From NCBI GenBank assembly GCA_035063585.1, contig JAPSGB010000008.1:32001-96000 (forward strand): 64,000 bases of DNA, read 5' to 3'. Both the position numbers and the translations under genes were made by a program. Shown one piece after another: positions 42,800-52,427 of this stretch (its first letter is position 1; every line of letters starts with the position of its first letter). The stretch is from Polyangiaceae bacterium (lineage in GTDB: Bacteria; Myxococcota_A; Polyangia; Polyangiales; Polyangiaceae). The notes beneath the pieces were generated by a model. The model searched no databases. It saw only the letters and a program-made list of their open reading frames with translations, and was not told where the DNA came from.

Positions 42800-43513
42800 T
42801 CAGCCGCGGATCCGGATCGCCCAGGTGAGCTTGACGACGTTCTTCAGGACGTTCGGGACGCGCTTGAAGAGGTTGATCGAGGGCGGGCGCTTCTCGATGA
42901 CGCGGATCGGGATTTCGCGGATCGCGAGCCCGGCGCGATACGCGCGGATGACGAGCTCGCTCGCGAACACGTCCTTGTCGACCAGGCACGCGCGCACGAT
43001 GGGCAGCACGGTCGCGGCGCGGAACGCCTTGAGGCCGTGGGTGTCGGTGCCGCGGAAGCCGAGGAGACCTCGGAGGAGCCCGGTGTAGAAGATGCTCGCC
43101 GCGTGGCGGATCCATGGTCGATCGTCCTCGGCGCCGCCGATGAGCTTCGAGCCGATCACCATGTCTACCGCGCCACCTTCGAGCAGCTCGACCGCGCGGC
43201 GGTGGAAATCCGCGTCGCAGAGATCGATCTCGTCGCAAATGATGAGCTCGCCCTGCGCTGCGAGCGCCCCCTCGCGGAGCGCCTTGCCGTAGTTCGGCTC
43301 ACCCGCCGAGAGTGAGCGGACCTCGGGGTACTTCTCCGATAGCTCACGGGCGAGCTCGACCGTGCGATCGGTCGAGCCGTTCTCGGCGATGACGATCTCG
43401 TAGCTCCAACCGAGCGGCGCGAGGCGCTCGCGCAGATCGACGATCGCCGCGTGCAGGATCGCCTCCTCGTTGTAGACGGGGATGACGATGGAAATTCGAG
43501 GGGCGCTCTTCAT
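42800..43513 (-). CDS. Glycosyltransferase family 2 (DPM1-like)
   Basis: ISIVIPVYNEE, ENGSTDRT, DEID, DMVIGSK, DTHGLKAF. Confidence 0.9.
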   Translation of the reverse strand: MKSAPRISIVIPVYNEEAILHAAIVDLRERLAPLGWSYEIVIAENGSTDRTVELARELSEKYPEVRSLSAGEPNYGKALREGALAAQGELIICDEIDLCDADFHRRAVELLEGGAVDMVIGSKLIGGAEDDRPWIRHAASIFYTGLLRGLLGFRGTDTHGLKAFRAATVLPIVRACLVDKDVFASELVIRAYRAGLAIREIPIRVIEKRPPSINLFKRVPNVLKNVVKLTWAIRIRG

Positions 43514-43579
43514 CGCTTTCGGCGGCGAACGCTAGAGAACGGCCCGCCTGATGTCCAGCCCGACCGCGCCGCCTCGCCG

Positions 43580-46306
43580 TCAGTGAGCCAGGCTCCAGTC
43601 GGCGCCATGACCGATGTCGACCACCAAGGGGACGTTGAAGGGAGCGACGCCCTCCATCGCCGCGCGGATTTCCTCGATGGCGCGAGGGACCTCGCCGGTC
43701 GGGACCTCGAAGACGAGCTCGTCGTGGACGGTGAGCACCATGCGCGCGCCGGGGGTCGCCGGGTGGGCGAGCTTCAGCATGGCGAGCTTCAGCAGATCCG
43801 CAGCGGTGCCCTGGATGGGTGTGTTCATGGCGATGCGCTCGGCGGCGAGGCGCAGCGCGCGGTTACCGCTCTTGAGATCGGGCACCAGCCGCCTGCGGCC
43901 GAAGAGGGTCCGCACCGACTCGGCGAGGCGCGCCTCCGCGAGGGTGTCGTCCATGAAGCGCCGGACCCCCTCGTAGCGGCGAAAGTACGCGGCGATGAAG
44001 CTCGAGGCCTCGGCTCGCGAGATGCCGAGGCTCTTGGCGAGCCCGCTGTCACCTTGCCCGTAGATGACCCCGAAGTTGACCGCCTTCGCGCGACGGCGGT
44101 GCTCCGGGGTGAGCTCGCTCGGGGGAAGCTCGAAGATCTCCATGGCGGTCCGGGCGTGGATGTCTTCGCCCTTCTGGAACGAGTCGAGGAGCACCGGATC
44201 TCGAGAGAGGTGCGCGAGCACGCGCAGCTCGATCTGCGAGTAGTCGGCGCTCACGAGCTCGGTGCCCGGCGGCGCGACGAAGGCCGCGCGGATGGCGCGC
44301 CCGAGCGCGGTGCGGATCGGGATATTTTGCAGGTTCGGGTCGGTGGAGGAGAGCCGCCCGGTGGCGGCCACCGCCTGCTCCCACGAGGTGTGGATGCGGC
44401 CCGTCTCGGGGTTTACGAGGCGCGGGAGCGCGTCGATGTAGGTGCCCTTGAGCTTCGCGAGCTGGCGGAGCTCGAGGATGACGCCGGGCAGCGCGTGCTC
44501 CGAGCTGAGCGCCTCGAGCGTCTCGGCGTCGGTCGAGCGGCTCGTCTTGGTGCGCTTCAGCGGCTGGAGCCGGAGCTCGTCGAAGAGCAGGGTCTCGAGT
44601 TGGCGCGGCGAGTTCACGTTGAACTCGCGCCCGGCGAGCTGGTGCGCTTGCTGCTCGAGCAGGGTGAGCTCCCGGTCGACTCGCTCACCCTGTGCGCGGA
44701 GCCGCTCGGTGTCGACGAGCACCCCGACCCGCTCCATCTCCGCGAGCACGCTCGAGAGCGGCAGCTCGAGCTCGTCGAGCACCCGAGTGAGCCCGGCTTC
44801 CTCGAGGCGCGGAGACAATCGCTCCATGAGCCGGAGCGACAGATCGGCGTCCGCGGCCGCGTACGGCGTGGCCTCCTCGAGGGGCACCTCCTCGAAGGCG
44901 AGCTGGTGTCCGCGGGTCTTGCGGGTGACCTGATCGTAGCTGGTCATCACCACGCCGAGCTCGCGCTCCGCGAGCTCCTTGAGCCCGTGGCGCCGCTCGG
45001 GGTCGATGAGGTAGTCGGCGAGCCTCGAGTCGAAGACGACCCCCGCGAGCGGTAGCCCGTGACGGATGAGCACGCTCTCGTCGTACTTGAGGTTGTGTCC
45101 GGTCTTCTTCACGCTCGCGTCGGCGAGCACCGGGCCGAGCAGCTCTCGAACGACGGCGAGCTCGAGCTGCGCGGGCGCGCCGAGGTAGCGGTGCGCGACC
45201 GGGACGTAGACCGCGTGGCCCGGCGTCCACGCGAGGCTCAGGCCGACCAGCCTCGCGCGCGCCACCTCGAGTGAGGTCGTCTCCGTGTCGATGGCGGCGC
45301 GGCCGGCGGCGCGCACGGCGGCCGCGACGCCGGCGAGGGCGTCGCGGGTGACGACGCACTCGTAGCGCACCTCGACGGACGCGCCGGCAGGGTTGGGCGT
45401 CGCGCTCGCTCCTTCGCTCGGGGCGTCCTCGCGATCGAGCTCGGCGATCAAGCGGTGAAACCCGAGCTCGGCGTAGATCCGGCGGAGCCTCGCGAGGTCA
45501 CGCCCGCCGTAGCGGAGCGCCTCGCCGTCGAGCGTGATCTCGCAGTCGTCCTTGAGCGTGACCAGCGTCTGGCTGAGTCGCGCCTGCTCGCGGTGTTCCT
45601 CGAGCGCGTCGCGGAGCTTCTTGCGCTTGATGGCGTCGAGGTTCGCGTAGACGCCCTCGAGCGTGCGATAGCTGCCGAGGAGCTCGGCTGCCGTCTTCGG
45701 TCCGACCGAGGGCACGCCCGGCACGTTGTCGGAGGCGTCACCGACCAGGGCGAGGTAGTCGCGCACCTGATCGACGTGCACGCCGAAGCGCTCCTCGACC
45801 TCCGGGACACCGAAGACCCGGTCGCGCATGGTGTCCCACATCACCACGCGCGAGCCGACCAGCTGCATCAAGTCCTTGTCGGCGCTCACGATGACCACCC
45901 CGAGCCCGCGCTCTCGCGCCCGCTTCACCGCCGAGGCGATGAGGTCGTCGGCCTCGACGCCCGCCTGCTTCAAGATGGGGATCGCGAAGGCGTCGATGAC
46001 CTCCTCCACCCGCGCCATCTGCTGGATGAGATCCTCTGGCGCTGGCGGGCGGTTCGCCTTGTACGCGGGGTAGAGCTCATTTCTGAATGTCTCGCGCCCG
46101 GCGTCCATGGCGACGGCGAGGAGCGCCGGGCGGCGCTCGCGCACCAGCCGCTCGAGCATGCTGACGGTGCCGAACACCGCGTGGGTCGGCTCGCCGGATG
46201 GGCTCGTGAGCGGACGAATCGCGTGGTAGGCGCGAAACACGTAGCCGCTCAGATCCACGAGGTAGAGGACGTCAGCGGCGCCAGCCGGCTCGAGCGCGGT
46301 GGGCAT
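43580..46306 (-). CDS. polA: DNA polymerase I
   Basis: 5'-3' exonuclease (YVFRAYHA, EADD, GDASDNVPGV), DTETT, TGRLSSTDPNLQNIP, ADYSQIELR, AKAVNFGVIYG, VHDELVFE. Confidence 0.98.
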   Translation of the reverse strand: MPTALEPAGAADVLYLVDLSGYVFRAYHAIRPLTSPSGEPTHAVFGTVSMLERLVRERRPALLAVAMDAGRETFRNELYPAYKANRPPAPEDLIQQMARVEEVIDAFAIPILKQAGVEADDLIASAVKRARERGLGVVIVSADKDLMQLVGSRVVMWDTMRDRVFGVPEVEERFGVHVDQVRDYLALVGDASDNVPGVPSVGPKTAAELLGSYRTLEGVYANLDAIKRKKLRDALEEHREQARLSQTLVTLKDDCEITLDGEALRYGGRDLARLRRIYAELGFHRLIAELDREDAPSEGASATPNPAGASVEVRYECVVTRDALAGVAAAVRAAGRAAIDTETTSLEVARARLVGLSLAWTPGHAVYVPVAHRYLGAPAQLELAVVRELLGPVLADASVKKTGHNLKYDESVLIRHGLPLAGVVFDSRLADYLIDPERRHGLKELAERELGVVMTSYDQVTRKTRGHQLAFEEVPLEEATPYAAADADLSLRLMERLSPRLEEAGLTRVLDELELPLSSVLAEMERVGVLVDTERLRAQGERVDRELTLLEQQAHQLAGREFNVNSPRQLETLLFDELRLQPLKRTKTSRSTDAETLEALSSEHALPGVILELRQLAKLKGTYIDALPRLVNPETGRIHTSWEQAVAATGRLSSTDPNLQNIPIRTALGRAIRAAFVAPPGTELVSADYSQIELRVLAHLSRDPVLLDSFQKGEDIHARTAMEIFELPPSELTPEHRRRAKAVNFGVIYGQGDSGLAKSLGISRAEASSFIAAYFRRYEGVRRFMDDTLAEARLAESVRTLFGRRRLVPDLKSGNRALRLAAERIAMNTPIQGTAADLLKLAMLKLAHPATPGARMVLTVHDELVFEVPTGEVPRAIEEIRAAMEGVAPFNVPLVVDIGHGADWSLAH

Positions 46307-46418
46307 CTCTCGCGCCTCTAGCACGCCGGGGCGCTCCGCTCAGGGTGCGATTGCCGGAGGGGGGCGAGCCCATCGAGCGCTGGCGCTCGCGGGGCGGACC
46401 AGTTAGGCTCCCGGGGCG

Positions 46419-47813
46419 ATGTCCGAGGTCGAGGGTGCGGCTCCGTCCGGGCTCGTCGCCGGCAAGTACCGGCTGACCCGCCTGCTCGGAAAGGGGGGTA
46501 TGGGCTCGGTGTGGGAGGGGGTCCACACGAGCCTCGGCACCCGTGTGGCCGTGAAGTTCATCGAGGCCGAGTACGCCGAGAGCGCGGAGGCGCGGAGCCG
46601 CTTCCAGAATGAAGCCCGCGCCGCCGCGGCCCTCACCAGCAAGCACGTCGTGCAGGTCTACGACCACGGCGTGATGGACGACGGGCGGCCCTACATCGTG
46701 ATGGAGTTCCTCGCCGGTGAGCCGCTCGACCAGCGGCTCGACCGCCAAGGCCGGCTCGGGCTCGAGGAGACCACGCGCATCATCCATCAGGTGTGCCGCG
46801 CGCTCGCCAAGGCCCACGAGGCCGGGATCGTGCATCGCGATCTCAAGCCCGAGAACGTGTTTCTGGTGTGGGACGACGAGGATCGGGCAGACATCGTCAA
46901 GGTGGTCGACTTCGGGATCGCAAAGTTCACCGACGGGGTGACCGGCGCCTCCTCGGCGACGCGCACCGGCTCGTTGCTCGGGACGCCGAACTACATGAGC
47001 CCCGAGCAAGCGCGCGGGCTCCGCTCGGTCGATTTCCGCTCGGACCTCTGGAGCGTGGGAGTCATCACGTACCGCTGCGTGGTGGGAGAGCTGCCGTTCA
47101 ACGGCGAGGCCATCGGGGATCTGCTGGTGAAGATCTGTACGGCGCCGCTGCCGAGACCGTCGACCATGATCGGCGGCCTCTCGCCGGCGTTCGACGCGTG
47201 GTTCGAGCGGGCGCTCGCGCGCGAGCCGGGCCAGCGCTTCTCGAGCGCGGCCGAGCTCGCGGACTCGCTCGCGGCCGTGAGCGGGGCCCAGCTGCGCAGC
47301 GCGGCGCCCACCCCTCCGCCGACGGCTGGCCCAGGGGCTGGCCCGTATCCGTCCGCCCTGAAGAGCGGCCTGCCCGCGCTCACCCACGCGCCGACCACGC
47401 TCACGCCGTTCTCGGCCCGTCGCCCGAACCGGCGAGGTTGGGCGCTCGGGATAGGCGGCGGCGTCTTGGTGCTCGGCCTCGGCGCCGTGCTCATCGCGCG
47501 CGCTTCGGGGACCTCCGAGACCCTCGGCTCCGCCGCCTCCGCGGCGTCCGCTGCGCCCGCGGCGATCTCGGCCGAGCGCGGAGAGCCGCTCGCGCCCGTC
47601 GCCGCGGCGGAGCCCGCCGCCGCGGGCTCCGCGCCGGTGGCGCCGAGCGCCTCGGTGGACGAGGCGCCGTCTCCTGCGGAGACGCCCAAGCCGCCTCCCG
47701 CCAAGCCCCCGGTCGCGCGCCCGCCCGTGGCGCGCCCGCCCGTGGCGCGCCCGCCCGTCGCGCGCCCGCCCGCGCCCGGTCCGGCGCAGAAGCCCATCGA
47801 CACGGGGTATTGA
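46419..47813 (+). CDS. Hanks-type Ser/Thr protein kinase with TM and Pro-rich extracytoplasmic tail
   Basis: GKGGMGSV, VAVK, HRDLKPEN, DFG, GTPNYMSPEQ, DLWSVG; TM; (VARPP)4 encoded by a 15-bp repeat at 47712-47771. Confidence 0.96.
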   Translation: MSEVEGAAPSGLVAGKYRLTRLLGKGGMGSVWEGVHTSLGTRVAVKFIEAEYAESAEARSRFQNEARAAAALTSKHVVQVYDHGVMDDGRPYIVMEFLAGEPLDQRLDRQGRLGLEETTRIIHQVCRALAKAHEAGIVHRDLKPENVFLVWDDEDRADIVKVVDFGIAKFTDGVTGASSATRTGSLLGTPNYMSPEQARGLRSVDFRSDLWSVGVITYRCVVGELPFNGEAIGDLLVKICTAPLPRPSTMIGGLSPAFDAWFERALAREPGQRFSSAAELADSLAAVSGAQLRSAAPTPPPTAGPGAGPYPSALKSGLPALTHAPTTLTPFSARRPNRRGWALGIGGGVLVLGLGAVLIARASGTSETLGSAASAASAAPAAISAERGEPLAPVAAAEPAAAGSAPVAPSASVDEAPSPAETPKPPPAKPPVARPPVARPPVARPPVARPPAPGPAQKPIDTGY

Positions 47814-47868
47814 GGCCCGGGCGAGCGCGGAGGCTTGACCCACGGCCGCTCGCGGCTCTACTGGGGCG

Positions 47869-49266
47869 ATGAACGAGGGAAGGGCTCGACGCCTCCGCCC
47901 CCCCGGCCTCCGCCGCATGTCGGCGATCGGCTGCGCGGTGACCTTGCTCGCGCTCGCCATGGCGAGTCCGGCGCGCGCGCAGTCCGACGCCGACAAGGCC
48001 GCCGCCCGCCAGCTCGCGACCGACGGCATCGTGCTCTACCGCGCGGGCAAGTACGCCGACGCGCTCGACAAGCTCGAGCGCGCGGAGGCGCTCTACGACG
48101 CGCCCGTTCACCTGCTCTACATCGCGCGCTGTCAGGCCCAGGTGGGCAAGCTCGTGGAGAGCGCCGAGACCTACCGCAAGCTCGTCCGCGTCGAGCTCGA
48201 GCCGAGCGCGTCCCAAGTGTTCAAGGACGCGCAGGCCGCCGGCGGGCCCGAGCTCGAGAAGCTCACGCCGCGCATCCCGGCGCTCCGGCTCGAGCTCACC
48301 CCCGCGCGCGTCGATGGGCTCGCCATCACGATCGACGGCGAGCCCGTGCCGGCCGCCATCCTGGGCGTCGACCGCCCGTCGAATCCGGGCGAGCATCGCG
48401 TCGAGCTCCGGGCGCCCGGCTACGCCTCGGTGAGCGAGACGGTCACGCTCGCCGAGGGCGAGAAGAGGAAGCTGCCGCTCCGGCTCGTGCCCACCTCGAG
48501 CCCGGAGCCGTCCGCCGCACCGACATCGGCGCCGGCGGGGCCGAAGGGCCATCCGGGGCAGCCGCGGCCCGCGGCTCGGCCGCCGAGCGGGTCGTCGTCC
48601 TCGTCGTCGGGGTTCGGATACATGCTCGGTCTGCGGCTCGGAGCCAGCATCCCGAGCGGCGAGCTCGCAACCCTGGGGCCGGCACGGACCACGGTGAAGC
48701 TGGCGGATGTCGCGAAGGCCGGCGCCGGCGTGGAGCTGCACGGGGGCGTCCGCTTCGCGAAGTACTTCACGCCGGTCTTCATCATCTCGGGCTCGGCGTT
48801 CCCGCCGGGTCCTTCGTTCGACAATCTGGGTGACCTCGCCGGGGTGAAGGCCACCACGACCGTCTCCCACACGACCGCGGGGCTCGGCGTCCTGGTCGGC
48901 ACGCCACGGGGCAAGCTCGGCTTCTTCGGCGAGCTCGATTTCATGCTGCTCGACAGCCTCTCCGCGGAGACGGAGTACTCGCCCGGCGACTGCACCGAGA
49001 AGTCGACCTTCACCGGCAACTCGTTCCGGCTGGGCGGGGGTGTCGTGGTGCCCGTGGCGAGCTACCTCCACCTGACGCCGGTCCTCACCGCCCAGTTCGG
49101 GTCCTATCGGGAGTTCACCCACGAGGCCTCCGGGGCGGGCTGCGCGCCGTACGGCGTCGAGAGCCAGAGCTACGAGATCAAAGACTCGGAGCGGGGGCTC
49201 CACACGCTCGTGTTCCTCGGGGTCGGCGGTGATTTCGTGTTCGGTGGCGACAAGCCTTCGAAATGA
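47869..49266 (+). CDS. Secreted TPR + PEGA-like protein with C-terminal beta-barrel-like domain
   Basis: Signal peptide (ARA-Q), TPR helices (ARQLATDG...YADALDKLERAE), PEGA-like (ITIDGEPV...NPGEHRVELRAPGY), amphipathic C-terminal strands. Confidence 0.8.
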   Translation: MNEGRARRLRPPGLRRMSAIGCAVTLLALAMASPARAQSDADKAAARQLATDGIVLYRAGKYADALDKLERAEALYDAPVHLLYIARCQAQVGKLVESAETYRKLVRVELEPSASQVFKDAQAAGGPELEKLTPRIPALRLELTPARVDGLAITIDGEPVPAAILGVDRPSNPGEHRVELRAPGYASVSETVTLAEGEKRKLPLRLVPTSSPEPSAAPTSAPAGPKGHPGQPRPAARPPSGSSSSSSGFGYMLGLRLGASIPSGELATLGPARTTVKLADVAKAGAGVELHGGVRFAKYFTPVFIISGSAFPPGPSFDNLGDLAGVKATTTVSHTTAGLGVLVGTPRGKLGFFGELDFMLLDSLSAETEYSPGDCTEKSTFTGNSFRLGGGVVVPVASYLHLTPVLTAQFGSYREFTHEASGAGCAPYGVESQSYEIKDSERGLHTLVFLGVGGDFVFGGDKPSK

Positions 49267-49359
49267 CACTTGAAACGGGCGATCTACAAGGCCGTGCAAT
49301 CAATTACATTCGGATGACATTCGGTCCTGGCTCGGGTGCTACCAGCGGATTGAAACCGC

Positions 49360-50886
49360 ATGGAAACCCTGCTGGTCCTGCTCTACTTCTCGGTCCTCCT
49401 CCTCCTCTGCGCCTACGGGCTGCACCGCGCGCACCTGGTGCTGATGGTGCTCAGGCACCGCAAGCAGCTAGCGGCCGCCGAGCGGACGCTCACGGTCGCG
49501 CGCGAGCGGCTCCCGAGCGTCACGGTTCAGCTCCCGCTCTATAACGAGGCGACCGTCGTCGCGCGGCTGCTCGAGGCCGCGGGGCGCATCGACTACCCGA
49601 GCGACCGCCTCGAAATCCAGGTGCTCGACGACTCGAACGACGAGACCGTGGGCATCGCCCAGGCCAAGGTCGAGGAGCTTCGCCGCCGCGGGGTGAACGC
49701 GGTGTACGTCCGTCGTCCCGATCGGGTCGGGTACAAGGCGGGCGCGCTCGACTACGGGCTCGGTATCGCGCAGGGCGAGCTCATCGCGATCTTCGACGCG
49801 GATTTCGTGCCGCAGCCGAGCTTCCTGCTCGACGTGGTCGGCCACTTCGAGGATCCCGTGATCGGCATGGTCCAGACGCGCTGGGGCCACATGAACCGCG
49901 ACGCGACGCTGCTCACCAGCGTGCAGGCCCTGATGCTCGACGGCCACCACCTGGTCGAGAACCGCGCGCGCTTCGGCGCCGGCTGCATGTTCAATTTCTC
50001 GGGGACGGGCGGGATCTGGCGCCGCGCGGCGATCGACGCCGCCGGCGGGTGGCAGCACGACACGCTCACCGAGGATCTCGATCTATCGTACCGCGCTCAG
50101 CTCGCCGGCTGGCGGTTCGTCTACCGCCCGGACGTGGTGACGCCGGCCGAGCTCCCGGAGGACATGTCCGCGTTTCGCGCGCAGCAGTACCGCTGGGCGA
50201 AGGGCACCGTCCAGACCGCGCGCAAGCTGCTCGGGCGCGTGCTCGGCGCCGAGCTCCGCCTGAGCCAGCGCATCGAGGCCTTCTTCCACCTCACGCCGCA
50301 TTTTGCCTATCCGCTGATGATGCTGCTCAGCGTCCTGCTCCTGCCGGCGCTCCTCTTGATGCCGGCCACCAACGTCCGCTCGATGCTGCTCATCGACGTG
50401 CCGCTCTGCTTGGGCGCGACCGGCTCGCTCGCGTCGTTCTACATGCTCGCCGAGCGCGCTCAGGGCCGCTCGGTCTGGTCGGCCGCGAAGCGCCTGCCGG
50501 CGCTCATCGCGCTCGGCGCCGGGCTCGCGCCGCACCTGAGCAAGGCGGTCTGGCAAGGGCTCGGGTCGATGGCCGGCGAGTTCGTGCGGACCCCGAAGCG
50601 CGGGATCACCGCCGGTCGCTATCGTCAGGCGGCGGATCTGCCCCTCATCGAGCTCGCGCTCACGCTCCTCAGCGCGGCGAGCGTGGTGGCGGCGGTGACC
50701 ACCGGGCACTGGCTCGCGACGCCCTTCGCGGCGCTCTTCATGTGCGGCTACGGCTACGTGGCCGGGCTGGTCCTTTCCGAGCAGGCGAGCCGCCGGCGCG
50801 CGGTGGTGCGCGCGGCGCCCGAGCCGAGCCTCGCCGCCGCGGAGCTCGCCGAGCTCTCCGCCACGGACATCGCTCGCGCAGCCTGA
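49360..50886 (+). CDS. Cellulose-synthase-like GT2 glycosyltransferase
   Basis: VTVQLPLYNE, QVLDDS, GYKAGAL, FDADF, TEDLDL, QQYRW (QxxRW) and several TMs. Confidence 0.93.
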   Translation: METLLVLLYFSVLLLLCAYGLHRAHLVLMVLRHRKQLAAAERTLTVARERLPSVTVQLPLYNEATVVARLLEAAGRIDYPSDRLEIQVLDDSNDETVGIAQAKVEELRRRGVNAVYVRRPDRVGYKAGALDYGLGIAQGELIAIFDADFVPQPSFLLDVVGHFEDPVIGMVQTRWGHMNRDATLLTSVQALMLDGHHLVENRARFGAGCMFNFSGTGGIWRRAAIDAAGGWQHDTLTEDLDLSYRAQLAGWRFVYRPDVVTPAELPEDMSAFRAQQYRWAKGTVQTARKLLGRVLGAELRLSQRIEAFFHLTPHFAYPLMMLLSVLLLPALLLMPATNVRSMLLIDVPLCLGATGSLASFYMLAERAQGRSVWSAAKRLPALIALGAGLAPHLSKAVWQGLGSMAGEFVRTPKRGITAGRYRQAADLPLIELALTLLSAASVVAAVTTGHWLATPFAALFMCGYGYVAGLVLSEQASRRRAVVRAAPEPSLAAAELAELSATDIARAA

Positions 50887-50989
50887 GCCGCGCGGGCTGC
50901 CACCCGCAGCCTCGCGTCACCTATGGACTTTTCGAGGTGCCCAGGTACTATCTCGGGGCGTCCAGGGCTACTCTGCCACGGGGGTACCG

Positions 50990-51349
50990 ATGACCAAGGC
51001 CGACATTGTCCAGGCGGTGTACTCGAAGCTCGGTGGCTTCTCGAAGAAGGAGTCCGCGGACCTGGTGGACCTCGTGTTCGAGACGATGAAGGAGACGCTC
51101 GGGCGCGGCGAGAAGATCAAGATCTCCGGGTTCGGGAACTTCGTCCTACGTGACAAGCGTGAGCGTCAGGGGCGAAATCCCCAGTCCGGCGACCCGATCG
51201 TGATCGCGGAGCGGCGGGTCTTGAACTTCAAGGCGAGCCAGCTCCTGAAGCAGGCGCTCAACGACGAGGACGGCGCCGGCGCGCCGGCCGCGGTGGCGAT
51301 GTCCGCGCCGGCGGCGCAGCCCGTCCTGGGCGCCGCAGCGAAGGAGTAG
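50990..51349 (+). CDS. ihfA: Integration host factor alpha subunit
   Basis: MTKADIV...GEKIKISGFGNFVLRDKRERQGRNPQ...RRVLNFKAS; followed by the usual MerR-family gene. Confidence 0.9.
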   Translation: MTKADIVQAVYSKLGGFSKKESADLVDLVFETMKETLGRGEKIKISGFGNFVLRDKRERQGRNPQSGDPIVIAERRVLNFKASQLLKQALNDEDGAGAPAAVAMSAPAAQPVLGAAAKE

Positions 51350-51358
51350 CGTCGCTCG

Positions 51359-51745
51359 ATGGACCGCAAGGAGCTGCCGGTAAAGCTCTACTACCGCATC
51401 GGAGAGGTCGCCGGGCTGGTGGGGGTCGAGCCGCACGTGCTTCGCTATTGGGAGAGCGAGTTCAGCTCGATTCGCCCGCAGAAGTCCCGCCGCGGGCAGC
51501 GCATCTACTCCCGTCGCGACGTCGAGCGGCTGCTCACCGTGAAGGAGCTCCTCTACGGTCAGGGCTTCACCATCGCGGGGGCTCGCAAGCGGCTCCGCGA
51601 GGGCGCCATCCCGGCGGAGCCCGAGCCGAGCGCCGCCGCGTCGCCCGAGGTGGCCGAGCGCCTGAAGACCGCGCTCCACGGCCTTCGGGAAGAGCTCTTG
51701 GCGCACCTCGCAGCGCTCGAGACGGACGGCCGGCGGATCGGCTGA
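51359..51745 (+). CDS. MerR-family transcriptional regulator (ihfA-linked type)
   Basis: [25 protein letters not shown]...PQKS..GQRIY...[16 protein letters not shown]. Confidence 0.93.
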   Translation: MDRKELPVKLYYRIGEVAGLVGVEPHVLRYWESEFSSIRPQKSRRGQRIYSRRDVERLLTVKELLYGQGFTIAGARKRLREGAIPAEPEPSAAASPEVAERLKTALHGLREELLAHLAALETDGRRIG

Positions 51746-51923
51746 CGGGGCCGTCCTCGGGCAGGCCGGTCCGGCGCGGCCGGCGGCCGGGCGCGCCCGG
51801 TCGGCGCGGTAGGAACTTGCTCGTCACGCCCGCTTGACGCGCGGCCCGCGAGCGTCCAAATCCGTCCGGCGTCCCGGCCGCGCACCGGTGGTCGGAGCGC
51901 GCCGGGGCAAAGGAGCCCGTACC

Positions 51924-52427
51924 ATGGCGAGTGAAGGCCTGAACCGCGTGATGCTACTCGGAAACCTGGGCGCCGATCCCGAGCTCAAGATGACGAGCGG
52001 CGGGCAGGCGGTGCTCAAGATGCGGCTCGCCACCAGCGAGACCTACCTCGACCGCAACCGCGTGCGTCAGGAGCGCACCGAGTGGCACAGCGTGGTCGTG
52101 TGGGGAAAGCGAGCCGAGGCGCTCTCCAAGTTCCTCGCCAAGGGCTCCCGCTTGTTCGTCGAGGGCGGGCTCCGCACCTCGAGCTACGAAGATCGTGAGG
52201 GGAACAAGCGCTACAAGACCGAGGTCGTCGCCAACAACATCATCATGGCTGGCCGCGGCGGCGGCGGTGGCGGGCGCGGCGGCGATGACTACGGCCCGCC
52301 GGACGACGCGGCCGCTCCTCGCGGCGGAGGTGGCGGTGGCGGCGGTGGAGGCGGCGGCGGTGGAGGCGGTGGAGGCGGCTATGACGACGCCGACTACGGC
52401 GGTGGAGACGACGATATCCCGTTCTGA
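51924..52427 (+). CDS. ssb: Single-stranded DNA-binding protein
   Basis: [25 protein letters not shown], Gly-rich tail, C-terminal DDDIPF. ATG 51924 preceded by an AGGAG RBS. Confidence 0.98.
   Translation: MASEGLNRVMLLGNLGADPELKMTSGGQAVLKMRLATSETYLDRNRVRQERTEWHSVVVWGKRAEALSKFLAKGSRLFVEGGLRTSSYEDREGNKRYKTEVVANNIIMAGRGGGGGGRGGDDYGPPDDAAAPRGGGGGGGGGGGGGGGGGGGYDDADYGGGDDDIPF

Noticed and set aside
51746..51923. tRNA gene downstream of merR
   Set aside because: No cloverleaf or T-loop GTTCGA motif was visible.
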